Shown: positions 9,049 through 10,361 of the stretch, in pieces
Numbering within the stretch: position 1 is the first letter of the stretch
Layout of the letters: each line of letters begins with the position of its first letter
Source of the DNA: Candidatus Micrarchaeia archaeon
GTDB taxonomy: Archaea > Micrarchaeota > Micrarchaeia > Burarchaeales > JACRGF01
Direction: 5' to 3'
NCBI GenBank assembly: GCA_038870455.1
Contig: JAWCPB010000033.1
Location: 1 to 10,361 of the forward strand
Length of the DNA stretch: 10,361 bases
Made by a program: the position numbers and the translations under genes
The notes under the pieces: generated by a model
Told to the model about the DNA's origin: nothing
What the model saw: the letters and a program-made list of their open reading frames with translations, nothing else
Database searches by the model: none

Positions 9049-9056
9049 TTTAAAAT
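9049..9056 (+). promoter_or_regulatory. Putative TATA box for tRNA-Val
   Basis: TTTAAAAT begins 30 nt upstream of the mature tRNA 5' end (9079) and is divergent from the alaS promoter. Confidence 0.55.
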
Positions 9057-9112
9057 TTATCTCGACAAAAACAATTCCGGGCCCGTAGTCGAATGGTAAG
9101 ACGTCAGTCTCA

Positions 9113-9212
9113 CAACCCTTTTCCGACGCTTCGGAAAAGCGTTGACGGAAAAAAGGAGAGCGCCTTCGGCGCCAACCCTTTTCCGACGCTTCGGAAAAGC
9201 GTTGACGGAAAA
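9113..9212 (+). repeat. Exact 40-nt direct repeat (9113-9152 = 9173-9212, 60-nt period), each copy palindromic
   Basis: CAACCCTTTTCCGACGCTTCGGAAAAGCGTTGACGGAAAA occurs twice, and each copy is followed shortly by GGAGAGC. The copies are separated by a GCGCC-TTC-GGCGC hairpin. Confidence 0.97.
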
Positions 9213-9221
9213 GGGGGAGAG
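9115..9221 (+). other. Archaeal BHB-type tRNA intron (relaxed BHB)
   Basis: Bulge CAA (9113-9115), central helix CTCA/GGAG (3 pairs plus an A·G mismatch), bulge AGC (9220-9222), and intron-side helix CCCTTTTCCG (9116-9125)/CGGAAAAGGG (9206-9215). Confidence 0.85.
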
Positions 9222-9267
9222 CACTGAAGATTCGGCGTTCGATTCGCCGCGGGCCCACTCCAGAAAC

Positions 9268-9275
9268 TATTAAAA
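9268..9275 (+). promoter_or_regulatory. Putative BRE/TATA for the orphan ORF
   Basis: A purine-rich CAGAAA is followed by TATTAAAA, 29-22 nt upstream of GTG 9297. Confidence 0.5.
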
Positions 9276-9296
9276 ACTCGACAACAAAAAACTCTC

Positions 9297-10052
9297 GTGG
9301 CAGAACCGAAGACAGTCGTAAAGACAGGTGGTTCCGAACGCGCTCAGGATCCGCAAGAAAGTTTTTCCAGATTAAAACTTAGCCCAGACATACCACCAGT
9401 CAGCGGCAGGTTTACTGCTGAGTTGGAATTAGGTATGCCCCTCTGGGGAATGTCGGTAGAGGGCGTCTTATCCCAAAGAGAAAAGCATCCTCAACTCGCA
9501 GCGAAAGTGGAAAAAGCAATCGAAAGAAAGAAGGCTTTTGATGCCCGTTTCGAAAAATTGATTGAAGCGACTGCACAAAAGGCGAAAAAGGCGCTTACGC
9601 CAGATACCATCGCGAAATTCAAAAAAGAGGTTCTCGCCTCCTCCGAAATCAAGCCAGAAGACCTTGCTGATGATGAGAAAGTGGCTGAAATGCTGGCCAG
9701 AACCATAGCCCGTATGCATATAAGAGAAAACCTCAAGAAGGAAGTGCCGTCGCCAAATGATATAAAGGGATGGCTGACTTGGACGAAAGAACATTTTGGA
9801 GACGACATTATGAGACTGGCCCTGCGAGTGCTGCTTCCGGAGGACCTGCCGAATTTGCCTAAAGGCAATCTTGATTTTGATGACCTCCTTCTCGCCGCTC
9901 CGCTGGCAGCGCACAATGCCCTTGGCTTTATTCGCGCCTACCCCCAGGATTCTTCGAAAAAAACGGATGAGGAAGAGTTGATTTATAGGTTCGCGAACCT
10001 GCACTTATGTGTGATTGCAAAAAATTTACTTAAACAACTTACAGAGAAGTGA
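9297..10052 (+). CDS. Hypothetical protein (251 aa, Lys/Glu-rich, predicted helical), lower GC than neighbours
   Basis: A long ORF fills the space between two tRNA genes, has a natural amino-acid composition and has its own TATA-like element. I recognise no family. Confidence 0.8.
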   Translation: MAEPKTVVKTGGSERAQDPQESFSRLKLSPDIPPVSGRFTAELELGMPLWGMSVEGVLSQREKHPQLAAKVEKAIERKKAFDARFEKLIEATAQKAKKALTPDTIAKFKKEVLASSEIKPEDLADDEKVAEMLARTIARMHIRENLKKEVPSPNDIKGWLTWTKEHFGDDIMRLALRVLLPEDLPNLPKGNLDFDDLLLAAPLAAHNALGFIRAYPQDSSKKTDEEELIYRFANLHLCVIAKNLLKQLTEK

Positions 10053-10094
10053 ATGCTGGAGAGAACAGGCGCGCTAACCACCATCCCTTTTTGA

Positions 10095-10102
10095 TTTAAT
10101 AT
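10095..10102 (+). promoter_or_regulatory. Putative TATA box for tRNA-Glu
   Basis: TTTAATAT lies 32-25 nt upstream of the mature tRNA 5' end (10127). Confidence 0.5.
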
Positions 10103-10126
10103 TTTGCTTTACTAAAAATAGCTCGG

Positions 10127-10244
10127 GCTCCGATCGTCTAGTCCGGTCAAGGATGCAGGCCTCTCGAGCAACCTTTTCGCGTTGCGCGAAAAAGCGTTGG
10201 CATGGGGGAAGCCTGAGACCCGGGTTCAAATCCCGGCCGGAGCA
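10127..10244 (+). tRNA. tRNA-Glu(CTC) with a 43-nt intron at position 37/38 (exons 10127-10166 and 10210-10244)
   Basis: Acceptor stem GCTCCGA/CCGGAGC (A7·C66 mismatch) plus A73. D arm GTCT-AGTCCGGTCAA-GGAT. Anticodon stem CAGGC/GCCTG with loop CT-CTC-G|A. Short variable loop AGAC. T arm CCGGG-TTCAAAT-CCCGG. Confidence 0.93.
10167..10209 (+). other. Archaeal BHB/BHL-type tRNA intron
   Basis: Bulge CGA (10165-10167), central helix CTCT/GGGG (two G-C and two G·U pairs), bulge GAA (10208-10210), and an internal hairpin TTTTCGCG-TTG-CGCGAAAA closed by CAAC/GTTG. Confidence 0.85.
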
Positions 10245-10247
10245 TAA

Positions 10248-10350
10248 GACAAAGGGGGGAGGTGTCCCCCCTTCGTCCTCGACCTTCCCCCCTCTCGGGG
10301 AGGGTCAGGAGGAACATCAAACTGGGGAGGGGCGCAGCCCCTCCGCGGTT
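10248..10350. repeat. Cluster of three adjacent GC-rich inverted repeats of unknown function
   Basis: AAGGGGGGA-GGTG-TCCCCCCTT (10252-10273); GACCTTCCCC-CCTCTC-GGGGAGGGTC (10281-10306, one G·T pair); GGAGGGGC-GCA-GCCCCTCC (10326-10344). Each stem can be extended further past a mismatch or bulge. Confidence 0.85.
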
Positions 10351-10361
10351 CGGAGGTATCG

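Larger units (their letters stand above)
9079..9257 (+). tRNA. tRNA-Val(CAC) with a 107-nt intron at position 37/38 (exons 9079-9114 and 9222-9257)
   Basis: Acceptor stem GGGCCCG/CGGGCCC plus A73. D arm GTCG-AATGGTA-AGAC. Anticodon stem TCAGT/ACTGA with loop CT-CAC-A|C. T arm CGGCG-TTCGATT-CGCCG. The spliced product is 72 nt and CCA is not encoded. Confidence 0.93.

Noticed and set aside
6882-9053. 723-aa plus-strand ORF antisense to alaS
   Set aside because: It is in codon register with alaS. Such shadow ORFs arise when high-GC genes avoid TTA/CTA/TCA codons. It has no recognisable domains.
9155-9178. Second, internal BHB (nested intron) at the junction between the two repeat units
   Set aside because: The bulge-like AGC and CAA are present, but the required 4-bp central helix (GGAG against GCGC) does not pair.
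9113-9212. Mini CRISPR array (two 40-nt palindromic repeats with a 20-nt spacer)
   Set aside because: There are only two copies, the spacer is too short and partly repeated, no cas genes or leader are present, and the repeats lie inside a tRNA gene with a BHB junction.
9007-9258. 83-aa minus-strand ORF with repeated peptide FRQRFSEASEKG
   Set aside because: It is antisense to tRNA-Val. The peptide repeat simply reflects the 60-nt-period intron duplication.
10085-10093. T-tract terminator after the orphan ORF
   Set aside because: It has only five Ts and merges with the AT-rich tRNA-Glu promoter region, so it is too weak to call.

Overview
High-GC archaeal chromosomal segment. It shows TATA-type promoters, an archaeal-type AlaRS and tRNA introns with bulge-helix-bulge (BHB) junctions; a DPANN/Micrarchaeota-like origin is a guess only. 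On the + strand: the 3' end of a membrane protein gene, a secreted DUF4139-like protein, glmS, a small Zn-ribbon protein, an MscS channel and an APC permease fused to a USP domain. alaS lies on the - strand and converges on the permease. Next come an intron-containing tRNA-Val(CAC), a lower-GC orphan ORF, an intron-containing tRNA-Glu(CTC) and a cluster of three strong hairpins at the right edge. The most striking signal is that both tRNA introns are built from the same ~31-32-nt palindromic element (CAACC(C)TTTTC...GAAAA(A)GCGTTG). It is tandemly duplicated in the Val intron and can fold in mutually exclusive ways across the splice site, which suggests a small mobile palindromic tRNA-intron family. 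The tRNA-Glu has an A7·C66 mismatch and is followed by origin-like hairpins, so it may be the junction of an integrated element.
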